Assembly (NCBI GenBank): GCA_025999155.1 | Contig: AP026679.1 | Coordinates: 602,561-666,560, forward strand | Direction of reading: 5' to 3' | DNA: 64,000 bases | From: Candidatus Dojkabacteria bacterium | GTDB taxonomy: Bacteria; Patescibacteriota; Dojkabacteria; JAOAGR01 | The notes under the pieces: model-generated | What the model was told of the DNA's origin: nothing | Databases searched by the model: none | What the model saw: only the letters and a program-made list of their open reading frames with translations | Position numbers and translations under genes: made by a program | Shown here: piece after piece, positions 1 to 9,886 of the stretch | How positions within the stretch are numbered: the stretch's first letter is position 1 | Layout: each line of letters starts with the position of its first letter

Positions 1-37
1 TCAACGTAGTTAGCTAGCCACTACATGTTATGTGAAT

Positions 38-1350
38 TTAAGGCGTAAGTCTATTTATCATTCTAGGGAATGGTATTGTGGTACGTATGTGTTTTGTCCC
101 ACTAATATATCTAACAAGACGTTCCAACCCTAAACCAAAACCAGAATGTGGAACTGTTCCATATCTGCGTAAGTCCATGTACCATTCGAAAACACTAGGA
201 TCCAGTCCAAACTCTTTGATTCTTTCGGCTAATAAATCTAAATCATGTATCCTTTGGCTACCTCCTATAATTTCACCACAGCCTTCTGGAGCTAAAACAT
301 CATTAGCTAATACTCTGTTATCACCTTCTTCAAAATCTGGCTGCATGTAAAATGCTTTTATTTCTTTTGGCATATGGTGCAGTACGATGAATTGATCTGT
401 GATTTGTGTAAGGGCAGCTTCTTCGTCTGCACCTAGATCATCTCTTTCTCCGATGTTAATACCAATTTTCCGTAGTTCTCGTGTGGCGTCACGATGGTGT
501 ATCCACACAAAAGGCTTAAGGCCATTTTCTAGCTTTTTTAAGTCTCTACCAAGTATTTCTAATTCTTTATAGCAATTATCAATACAGTGTTTAATCACAT
601 AATGCACCATTCTCTCTTGAAGTGCTATATTGTGCTTTCCAATCATAAAAAGCAACCTCAGGTTCAAGCATCCAAAATTCCGTCAAATGTCTACGTGTTT
701 TTGATTTTTCAGCTCTGAAAGTTGGTCCAAAGGTGTATATTTTGTTAAAAGCCATAGCCCCAGCCTCACCATACAATTGTGCACTTTGAGTGAGATAAGC
801 TTTTCTACCAAAATAGTCGACTTCAAAAAGAGTGGAACCTCCTTCAACTTCATTGGCTGTGAAAATTGGACCGTCAAATTTTACAAAATCTTCTTCGTGA
901 AAAAATTTATGTAACGCCCAGATGATCTCTGATCTCAATTTTAAGGTAGCATACTGCTTTGGTGATCTGATCCATAAATGCCTATTTTTCATTAAAAACT
1001 TAACTCCATGCTTCCCCCCCTTTTTTTTCTGAATCGGATAATTAGAGGATAGGCCTACAGTATGCCACTCCATAATTGTTATTTCAAAACCTCCTGGAGC
1101 TCTACTGTCCTCCTTTACGGTACCGGTAGCCTGAAAGGAGCTTTCCATGCCTAACGATTCTATTTCTTCAAACGTCTCTGGTTTCAACATCTTGTTTACT
1201 AACTACTGCCTGAATAAAACCTGTTCCGTCTCGTAAAGTCAAAAATAAGATAGAACCAGAAGATCTTCTGTTAACCAGCCATCCTTTTATCGTAACTTTT
1301 TCATTGTTATGATTAGAAATATCTTTGATTAGTACGTTTGACATATGCAT
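38..1350 (-). CDS. asnS: Asparagine--tRNA ligase, split by two frameshifts (track ORFs 1168-1353, 591-1190, 38-667)
   Basis: OB-fold start (KVTIKGW..RRSSG.ILFLTLRDGTG), YLTQSAQLY, GPTFRAEKSKTRRHLTEFWMLEPE, EIIGGSQR, YGTVPHSGFGLGLER. Confidence 0.93.
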
Positions 1351-1440
1351 CAACGAAATTATAGTAATAATATGTGCTAGTTCAAATCAGTATCGTAATG
1401 ATTGCTAGTATTTTAATTCTCTGGGTCGTCACCATAATGA

Positions 1441-1468
1441 TTGGCAGATGAACTTTTTAATTTGCTAA
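1441..1468 (+). promoter_or_regulatory. CIRCE-like inverted repeat upstream of clpC
   Basis: TTGGCAGAT-N10-ATTTGCTAA versus CIRCE TTAGCACTC-N9-GAGTGCTAA; the spacer contains a T homopolymer in an error-prone patch; TATAAT follows. Confidence 0.4.
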
Positions 1469-1497
1469 TTTTTTATTATAATTGTCGTATCAGCATC

Positions 1498-4090
1498 ATG
1501 TATAAAAACAAGTTTACTAAAAATGCTATTGCCGTCGTAGAGTCCGCCACTAAAGCATGTGTTCGGTTAGGTTCGAAAGTGATGACATGTGGAACATTTA
1601 TTTATCGGCATTTTAAGTGTAAAAGAGGGTGTTGGATCCAGAATATTAGCTCGTTTAGGACTCGATCCAGATGCTACTTTAGAAAGCATAGAGAATGAAC
1701 TGAAGGGTGAGCTCGTCATCACAAGACGTTAATTCAAAATTTGGATGAGGTAGTCTGATAGTCTTTGTATCGGATGATGTCAAATCAGGCATTCGAAAAG
1801 GCCTTTGACTATGCGATGAATGCGGGGCACACCTATATTGGGACTGAGCATCTATTGTTAGGAATTTTATCGATCAGCGATAATGCTTTTGTCAAGGAGC
1901 TTGATAAATTAAATATAAATTTCCGAAAAATTAAATCAGAAATTGATAGTTTTGTGCAGTATCCTGAGTTTACAAATACTGAAGTTTTGGATAGTTTGAC
2001 AGGACAGCCAAATGTTCAGTTACCGGATCTACCTAATAAAAATTCATCGCAAAATCGAGGTTTTCTCGAGACTTATGGGCGAAATCTTGTTAGAGAGGCA
2101 AGACAAGGTAAATTAGATCCAGTAATTGGTCGAGATAAAGAAATACTCCGAGTAATGCAAATTTTAGCTCGTCGTACGAAAAATAACCCGATTTTACTCG
2201 GTGATGCGGGAGTTGGTAAAACTGCTGTTGTCGAGGGTCTCGCTCAGCGTATTGCAAATAATGCAGTTTCTCCCGTTTTAGCCGGTTTTGAAATTTGGTC
2301 CGTCGATACAGCTTCAATTATTGCCGGATCTCAATTAAGGGGGGATGTAGAGTCTAAACTACTAGACTCTGATATCTGAGATTGAAAGCAGACAAAACGT
2401 GATTTTATTTATTGATGAAATTCATACCATATTAGGTGCTGGTTCAACTTCTAATAGTCCACTTGATATTGCAAATATTTTGAAACCTGCTTTAGCTAGA
2501 GGAGCATTACGTTGTATTGGTGCTACAACAGTTGATGAATATAAAAAGCATTTTGATGAAGATCCCGCTCTGCAAAGAAGATTTCAACCTGTAGATATAG
2601 AAGAGTTATCTGAGGAAGATACACTAACCGTTTTAAAGAACCTGCGTCCTATATATGAAGCCTTCCATAATGTCAAAATTACAGACGGTGCTTTACAGGC
2701 AGCAATAAAGTTATCAAAAAGGTATATAACTGATCGTTATCTGCCTGATAAAGCTATAGATATTATTGATGAGGCTTGTGCTAGAAATAAACTTGAGAGA
2801 GTACAGTTAAGTGATGAATTCAAACAAGAATTAGAACGTTTACGACAAATAATAAAAAACAAAAATGATGCTTTGAAAACAAAAGATTTTGATAAAGCTG
2901 CCTCTTTATTAGAGGAAGAGAATCAAATTACTCAGCGACTTAATGAAATAGAAAAACAATTAAAACGCAGTTGGAACTCTTCAAATAGGTTTATTAATGA
3001 GAGAGATATAAAAAATGTCATTACACTGTGGACAAAAATTCCAATTGAGACTTTAGATCAATCTACTGTCGAAAGTATAAAAAAATTGAAGGCAGATCTA
3101 TCACGTAATATCCTTGGTCAAGAGTATGCCACTAGTGTTGTCGTAAATGCTATTAAACGTACTAAAGCTGGGCTTGCCGGCTTTGATAGGCCTTTAGCAT
3201 CGTTTCTGTTTGTAGGTCCTACAGGAGTAGGAAAGACTGAGCTTGCAAAACAGTTGGCAAAATCACTTTTTGGCAGTAAAGATGCTTTGATTCAAGTTGA
3301 CATGAGTGAATTAATGGAATCGCATAGTGTATCAAAACTTATAGGTTCGCCTCCTGGCTATGTAGGTTTTGAGCAAGGAGGCCTATTGACCGATCGAGTT
3401 CGTCGTAGACCCTTTTCAGTTTTGCTATTCGATGAAATTGAGAAAGCAAGTCCGGAAGTGCTGAATATACTGCTACAGATTCTTGACGAAGGGCGTTTGA
3501 CGGACAGTAAGGGCAGAACAGTTAATTTTAAAAACACTATTGTCATTATGACTTCGAATATTGGCGCAGAATACGTTCATAAAGACATAGCTATAGGGTT
3601 ATATATTGGTGATAAAAAAAGAGATAATGAACTTGACCATGAGTTCGATCATGCTATGGCTGATATTCGTGAGAAAATCATCACGGAATTAAAAGACTAC
3701 CTGCAACCAGAATTTTTAAATCGTATAGATGACATCGTAGTATTTAGAGAATTGACACAAAAAGATGTAAAAAAAATAGCTAGACTACAAATACGAAATC
3801 TAGTTAATCGGTTGAGAAAAGAAAATAGGGTCATTGTTCATAACGCAGATTCTAAAGATATTATTGACTATGTTACTAGAGTAGGCTTTTCTGAGGAATA
3901 CGGGGCTCGCGAGATTAGGAGGGTGATTAAAAATACTATCGAAAACCTTGTCGCTGATAAACTCATTGATTTACATTGGGATAGCGATAAGAAGGGATGG
4001 TTACATCTAGAGGTCTCTCTAGGAAATAACAAGATATCTGTAAAAGAGATCAAAAGCATATCAAAAAATAATTCACGAGAAAGGCGTTAA
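1498..4090 (+). CDS. clpC: ATP-dependent Clp protease ATP-binding subunit ClpC, frameshifted in its 5' half
   Basis: Clp_N repeat ([12 protein letters not shown]), [35 protein letters not shown] coiled coil, second AAA domain [17 protein letters not shown]. Confidence 0.93.
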
Positions 4091-4159
4091 GGAAGGGTCA
4101 GAATCTAGTATGGTTAATGAAGCATCTGAAAAGGTTGATGAGTCTGCTATAATGACCTA

Positions 4160-4681
4160 ATGTTAGCAAAACTTATTAAAGATCCAACTCAAATAATACC
4201 ATCTATTCTTACATGGGGGCTTTTTATATTTAATCTATTACCCATTCTAGCTCCTATCTTAGTAGCTATGGGAGAAAAAAATATTTCTAGTGCGATATAT
4301 TGGATTTATCAATTTACTTGTCATCAGAAGGCATCAAGATCTTTTTTTATATGTGATAATCAGTGCGGTTGGTGTGCAAGATGTACCTTTCTATGGTTTT
4401 CAACTTTTATAACAGCCTACATTACCTTTATGACTCGTATTATTTGGTCATTTAAAGGTTTGCGTACAATTGTAGCTGTATTGCTAGTTTTGCCTTTAAT
4501 ATTAGATGGAGGTATTCAATTTATAGCTACAGCATACTCGTTGTGGGCAAGCGTCCCACCTTTTTATGAGTCTACGAATAGTATTCGCGCCATTACAGGC
4601 ATCTTATTCGGCACGGGGTTAGGTTTATACTTTTTTCCGCGACTAAGGGACGAGCTCAGAGAGGATATGAGTAGCAACTAG
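4160..4681 (+). CDS. DUF2085-family membrane protein
   Basis: CHQ...RSF...CARC motif, several TM segments, P..LDG..Q and STN.IRAITG. Confidence 0.75.
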   Translation: MLAKLIKDPTQIIPSILTWGLFIFNLLPILAPILVAMGEKNISSAIYWIYQFTCHQKASRSFFICDNQCGWCARCTFLWFSTFITAYITFMTRIIWSFKGLRTIVAVLLVLPLILDGGIQFIATAYSLWASVPPFYESTNSIRAITGILFGTGLGLYFFPRLRDELREDMSSN

Positions 4682-4720
4682 AATAAAATTTGTGTTTGAT
4701 GTAAAATCCTAGAGGGTGAC

Positions 4721-4796
4721 GGATTCGTGGTGTAGTGGTCAACATGCTTCCCTGTCACGGAAGAGATCGAGGGTTCGAATCCCTTCGAATCCGCCA
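4721..4796 (+). tRNA. tRNA-Asp(GTC)
   Basis: Acceptor GGATTCG/CGAATCC, anticodon arm CTTCC-CTGTCAC-GGAAG, TTCGAAT T-loop, encoded CCA. Confidence 0.97.
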
Positions 4797-4899
4797 CTTT
4801 ACGTGATTTTAGATCAGGTATGTAGTTAAGTGTGTTTTTTATTTAGAGTTTTGTTAAAATCAGACGCGTTGGACTATATAGTTTATGAATTCGTTTTAA

Positions 4900-5168
4900 A
4901 TGGCAAACTTAAGATCATCACAAAAAGATACAAGAAGGATAAAGAGACGGACTCTAGCAAAGAAAACCTTTCGCACGTAACGCGAGAGTGACGCCGAAAG
5001 AAAGTTATGAAGCTCATAGCTGCGGGCGATGTAAAAGCAGCTTCCGATTTGATGCCTCTTGCATTTAAAGCAGTAGATAAAGCTGCAAAAAAGAATATCA
5101 TCCATAAGAATAAGGCTGCTAGGATTAAATCGAAGCTTGCGGAAGCCTTAAACGCTGCTATGTCGTAA
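4900..5168 (+). CDS. rpsT: 30S ribosomal protein S20 (frameshifted, missing from ORF track)
   Basis: MANLRSSQKDTRRIKRR start and ...AFKAVDKAAKKNIIHKNKAARIKSKL end. Confidence 0.9.
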
Positions 5169-5243
5169 ATATTTGTTTCGAGTTTTTGTCTTTTTAGTGG
5201 TTTCTAATTTTCTATACGTTTGTTAGTTTGATTCTTAATTTCC

Positions 5244-5861
5244 ATGTACTTAATTGGTATAGATGAAGCTGGTCGCGGTCCCTGGGCTGGGCCTGTATTT
5301 GCTTCTGTAGTTATTTTGAACCCTGAAGATGAAATAAAACTGCTGGAATTAGGTATTAAGGATTCAAAGAAACTGACACCATACAAACGCGAAAAACTTT
5401 TTAGTGTTATTAAAGAACTCAGTGTGTTCTTTAATGTCCTATCGAGTCCTGTGGCCTGCTATTGATGAATATGGTGTGTATAAGGCAACAAAAAGTCTTA
5501 TTCAGAAAATCGTTGGAAGTATTCCACATGAACTGTTATATGGTCAAAAAATATTTATTGATGGTGTTTTTAAAGATTTTCAATTTCCAAACGCAGACTC
5601 TAACTTTCACTTATGAGTGTGTCATAGATGGTGATGCAAAGTATTCCAGTTATTTCTGCAGCTTCAATACTTGCTAAGGTAAGTAGGGATAAATTTATGT
5701 ACGAGTTAGACAAGGAGTACCCAGAATATGCATTTGCCAAACATAAAGGTTACGGTACTAAGTTACATAGGGATTTACTCTTAAAATATGGACCTTGTAA
5801 GGAACATCGAAAAAGCTTTAAACCTATTCAGAAATTGATTAATAACCATAATAGCTTATAG
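5244..5861 (+). CDS. rnhB: Ribonuclease HII (frameshifted)
   Basis: [46 protein letters not shown]. Confidence 0.92.
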
Positions 5862-5964
5862 ACATTATTATTATTTCATTCGAGAAATTTGAGTGAAGAT
5901 TTTCTTGATTTGCTATGACAGTGTATGAAAACGAATTTCGGCTGTTAACCAAAATTACTCCGTA

Positions 5965-7206
5965 TTATTTAAAAATATCATATATCTTTTTAAGAGAATG
6001 AATAAAAGCATCTATTTCCGATTTTGTATTGTAGAAATATAAAGAGGCTCTTACAGTAGCAGGAATTCGCAATTTTTGCATGATTAATTGAGTGCAATGG
6101 TGTCCTGCGCGTACAGCTATGCCATCTTCATCAAGTAAATGACCTACATCATGTGCATGTACGCCTCTGACATTGAAACTTAGAATCGGCAGTTTAATTA
6201 CCCGGCTGGTATCATGTGTAGTTCCATAGATATCTACGAAGTCTAGTTCTTGTATCTTATCGATTAAGTATTGGGCTAATTCTTGTTCATATGCTTGGAT
6301 ATTTTCAAATCCTATTTCTAATAAATATCTCAGTGATGCTCCAAATGCTATTACATCAGCAATATTAGGTGTACCTGCTTCAAATTTGTATGGTAGATCA
6401 TTAAATGTTGTACGATATTTAGATACTTCTTTGATCATATCTCCGCCTCCTAGAAATGGCTGCATCTGTTCAAGTAAGTTTTTCTTGCCTATTAATATAC
6501 CAACACCGGTAGGACCACACATTTTATGTGCAGAGAAAGTTATAAAGTCTGCGTCAATTTCCTGAAAATCGAAAATACTATGTGGAACGTATTGTGCGGC
6601 ATCCACTAATACAATGATATTGGGATTTAATTGTCTGGCAATGCGTATAATTTTTTTTGCGTCGTAAATTAAACCAAATGTATTAGATGCCCATGTAAAA
6701 CTGAGAAACTGTGTATCGCGATCTATAACGCGCGACAATGAATCAGTTTCTAATATTCCGTTCTCGTCAAATTCTAAGTATCGGATTTCAAAATCAATCT
6801 CATGACGTAATAGATGCCATGGTACGATATTTGAATGATGCTCAACCTCTGTAATAACTATATTAGATTTCTTATTTTTTAAGATTTGTTTACCTAAACT
6901 TTGAATAATCAAATTGATACTTTCTGTATCATTTTTGGTAAAAATAATCTGTTGCGGTTTGACTTTATATATTTGTGCAATAAGCTGGCGTGTCTTTTCA
7001 TAGGCTTCAGTAGCTTTGTTTGCAAGAGAGTGAATACCTCTGTGTATATTAGCATTATAATTAGAATAAAAATCTACTAGCGTATCTATCATGACTTTTG
7101 GTTTTTGTGTTGTAGCAGCATTATCAAAATATATAAGTTGTCGTCCATTGACAGATGTGTTTAGAATCGGAAATTGTTTTCGTATAGTTTCTATATCGAA
7201 TGCCAT
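5965..7206 (-). CDS. sufS: Cysteine desulfurase, SufS family
   Basis: YFDNAATTQKP, EHHSNIVPW, SAHKMCGPTG (PLP Lys), RAGHHC. Confidence 0.93.
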   Translation of the reverse strand: MAFDIETIRKQFPILNTSVNGRQLIYFDNAATTQKPKVMIDTLVDFYSNYNANIHRGIHSLANKATEAYEKTRQLIAQIYKVKPQQIIFTKNDTESINLIIQSLGKQILKNKKSNIVITEVEHHSNIVPWHLLRHEIDFEIRYLEFDENGILETDSLSRVIDRDTQFLSFTWASNTFGLIYDAKKIIRIARQLNPNIIVLVDAAQYVPHSIFDFQEIDADFITFSAHKMCGPTGVGILIGKKNLLEQMQPFLGGGDMIKEVSKYRTTFNDLPYKFEAGTPNIADVIAFGASLRYLLEIGFENIQAYEQELAQYLIDKIQELDFVDIYGTTHDTSRVIKLPILSFNVRGVHAHDVGHLLDEDGIAVRAGHHCTQLIMQKLRIPATVRASLYFYNTKSEIDAFIHSLKKIYDIFK

Positions 7207-7328
7207 TATTACACTACGTTAAGTTATGTTATGTAAGACAATTAGCAATATCTTTATTTTAATATTGTCTCATGTTAATTGATTGAGCTATTAATACTTT
7301 CTTTATTGTATTTGTCAATCTGCGCACT

Positions 7329-9110
7329 TTAGTCTAATTCACTTACTCCAATGATTTTATTTCGGTTGAACAAGAAAAGTACCTTGTTTAGATATGGCTT
7401 AGTTTTAGTGATTAGGTCATCGATTAATAATACATCGTCGTCTTTTAAAAAGTTTTCGCTAAGATAGTAAGTCATTAAGATAAACATAGAGGAATTTATG
7501 GAAGTTAGCAAAACACCCACAACTCTAGTAGTGTCAATAAAGTCATTTGTATATTTGAATACTATTAAACCCAGAATTAGGCTAATAAGGCCACTAAGAA
7601 ATTTTTTCGATATGTATGATTGTTCGTAAAAAAAGTTAATACCTTTTTTACGTAGTAAGAAAATCAGAATAGAAACATTAATAGTGGTAGAAATGCTCGA
7701 TGCTAGGGCTATCCCTCCAATAGCTGCAGGACTGTTTCCGTTGGAAAAGTAGCTATTTATATTCGATATTATGAATATCGGATTAACCGAGAGACTCTCA
7801 TCAAAATTGCTAAATAAGTTTACTAAAGCATATGTTAAGCTTATCTCAAAAAATATTATGAAAATACTCACCAATGTAGGTGTAACAGAGTCATTTAATG
7901 CATAAAATGTACGGTTTATAATACCTACTATCGATAAAGAAATAATACTTATTGCCAGGAACAGCAATGTATAAGAAACCATGTTTGTTCCCTGGAAATC
8001 GCCACTTTTTGAAAATAAGCCAAATATCAGCTGTGTCATTGGTGTGCGTAATACTATTACTACTACAGTTATAGGAATTGTCCATAATAACAATATTCTT
8101 ATTGCCCTTGAAAAAACTTTTTGTAAATCATCAAGACGGTTACTTTGAGCGAGTTCAGATATATGCGGGAATATAGATTGAGCTATTGCTAGACCAAATA
8201 CGGATGTTGGAATATCTCGTAAAGAAGTAGCTAATCTTAGTGCATTTAATGCTCCGGTAGTGATGTTTAAAGCAATAAAAGCTTGAAAGATACCAGCTAT
8301 ATATTCAGATGCAAGACCTATACTTCTTGGTATAGTGTTTCGGATGGCATTTATAACGTATGAATTATTAAAAGCAAATGAGAGAACCTGATAATGAATA
8401 TTAGCTTGAAATATTGCCGGTAATTGAATTAGAAGATGTAGAACACTTGCAAATATAACTCCATAAGCCAGAAATTTAACATCAAGATGAAAAATACGTA
8501 TAACAAGCGTTGTAATAATGATCCCTATATTGTAAAAGAGTGGCGCGAAAGCTGTTATCCAAAATAACTTCTTGACTTGTAAAATGCTTGAAAATATGGC
8601 GCTTAAGCACAATATGATTGGTGAAAAAATAAGTATTCTGAGTAAATCAATTAGCATATGATATTCATCTGGTGTAAGTTTGTTATTTATATTAGGTAAG
8701 TTAATGTTTACGACATAGTGTATTGCTTGAGGAGCAAATATATACACCGCTATAGAGATGAATAGCAGACATATCACAAAAATGTTTAAAATGCTTGATA
8801 ATATCTTAGTTTGGATCTCGTAGGGCTCATCTAAATTTATTTTGCTAAATATAGGAATTAAAGCTGCGTTGATACCTCCAATAACTATAACCGAAAAAAT
8901 AAAGTCAGGTATAACATTTGCGGCATGAAAAAGATCTAACTCTCTTGACCTGATACCGTAGACAGCTACAAGAAGTTGAGATTTAAGTAAAGAAGTTAAT
9001 TTAGTTAGCAATATAATTATACCCATTCCGATCGCAACAATACCTAAAGATTCTTGTGCTTTAGATAGTTTAGTTTGCGTCGACTTCAAAATATTTCTTA
9101 CATCATTCAC
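7329..9110 (-). CDS. murJ: Lipid II flippase MurJ/MviN
   Basis: About 14 TM segments, A..IPDFIF....GGINAALIP, APLFYN, FYALND..TP. Confidence 0.85.
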   Translation of the reverse strand: MNDVRNILKSTQTKLSKAQESLGIVAIGMGIIILLTKLTSLLKSQLLVAVYGIRSRELDLFHAANVIPDFIFSVIVIGGINAALIPIFSKINLDEPYEIQTKILSSILNIFVICLLFISIAVYIFAPQAIHYVVNINLPNINNKLTPDEYHMLIDLLRILIFSPIILCLSAIFSSILQVKKLFWITAFAPLFYNIGIIITTLVIRIFHLDVKFLAYGVIFASVLHLLIQLPAIFQANIHYQVLSFAFNNSYVINAIRNTIPRSIGLASEYIAGIFQAFIALNITTGALNALRLATSLRDIPTSVFGLAIAQSIFPHISELAQSNRLDDLQKVFSRAIRILLLWTIPITVVVIVLRTPMTQLIFGLFSKSGDFQGTNMVSYTLLFLAISIISLSIVGIINRTFYALNDSVTPTLVSIFIIFFEISLTYALVNLFSNFDESLSVNPIFIISNINSYFSNGNSPAAIGGIALASSISTTINVSILIFLLRKKGINFFYEQSYISKKFLSGLISLILGLIVFKYTNDFIDTTRVVGVLLTSINSSMFILMTYYLSENFLKDDDVLLIDDLITKTKPYLNKVLFLFNRNKIIGVSELD

Positions 9111-9183
9111 ATAGTAATTCTAATCCAAAAAAGCAATTTATCAAGAAATGAAAATAAAATCTATTTAATGTAAAAACAAATTG

Positions 9184-9459
9184 TTAGCTATCTATTTCTA
9201 TCAAGTTATCAGAATTACAGTGAGGACATCGTTGAATTGGATTTATACCCTCGTGTAGAAACCCACAATTAAGACATTTAATTCTTCGGACATTTTCATA
9301 CAGATACCCTTGATACTGGATAGGTATTTGTCCCCCTTTGGATGTATCTATTATTTCGATGTTGGAAAGATCTACATCGGGATAAGGATCATTAATGATG
9401 CCATTGCTAGCATTTTGATTTATAGAAGCATTCGTTGTATTGCTTCCTGTGTTATCCAT
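9184..9459 (-). CDS. Small rubredoxin-like/zinc-ribbon protein
   Basis: C-terminal CLNCG...RCPHC (two CxxC). Confidence 0.65.
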   Translation of the reverse strand: MDNTGSNTTNASINQNASNGIINDPYPDVDLSNIEIIDTSKGGQIPIQYQGYLYENVRRIKCLNCGFLHEGINPIQRCPHCNSDNLIEIDS

Positions 9460-9572
9460 CTTCGACGACTATTTACATAATCATATTATTAATTGTAGAA
9501 TTTGCAAGTTATTTTTTATCAATTGATTTGCCAAAAGTTAATTGTTAATATCTAAAAGAAACAAAGTAAAGT

Positions 9573-9866
9573 ATGGCTGAGAAAAAGATTAAAAAGCTTG
9601 ATATAGCAAACATGTCTCGAGAAGAGCTAATAAAAGTGGTTGCTGTTTCTCCTACAGATACTGGATCGCCTGAAGTCCAAATTGCTCTTTTAACAAAAAG
9701 AATAATAGACTTGGTTGAGCACCTCAAAGTACATAAGAATGACAATCATTCACGTCGAGGTTTGCTACAAATGACAGGTAAGAGAAGGAGGCTTCTGGAA
9801 TATCTAAGAAGAAAAGACGATTCTAGATATCAACGAATATTAGCCTTAATAGGTCTCAACAAGTAA
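9573..9866 (+). CDS. rpsO: 30S ribosomal protein S15
   Basis: [29 protein letters not shown]; lies upstream of pnp. Confidence 0.97.
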   Translation: MAEKKIKKLDIANMSREELIKVVAVSPTDTGSPEVQIALLTKRIIDLVEHLKVHKNDNHSRRGLLQMTGKRRRLLEYLRRKDDSRYQRILALIGLNK

Positions 9867-9886
9867 AAATATTTGTTCATTAGTTT

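Noticed and set aside
4883-5105. Minus-strand ORFs 4883-5101 and 4896-5105, and other short antisense ORFs in the track
   Set aside because: Shadows of genuine genes on the opposite strand (here rpsT)
38-5861. Pseudogenes, programmed frameshifts or stop-codon reassignment explaining the broken genes
   Set aside because: Breaks are frame changes rather than in-frame TGA/TAG, they cluster regionally, and clean genes end normally at TGA, TAG and TAA; assembly error is simpler
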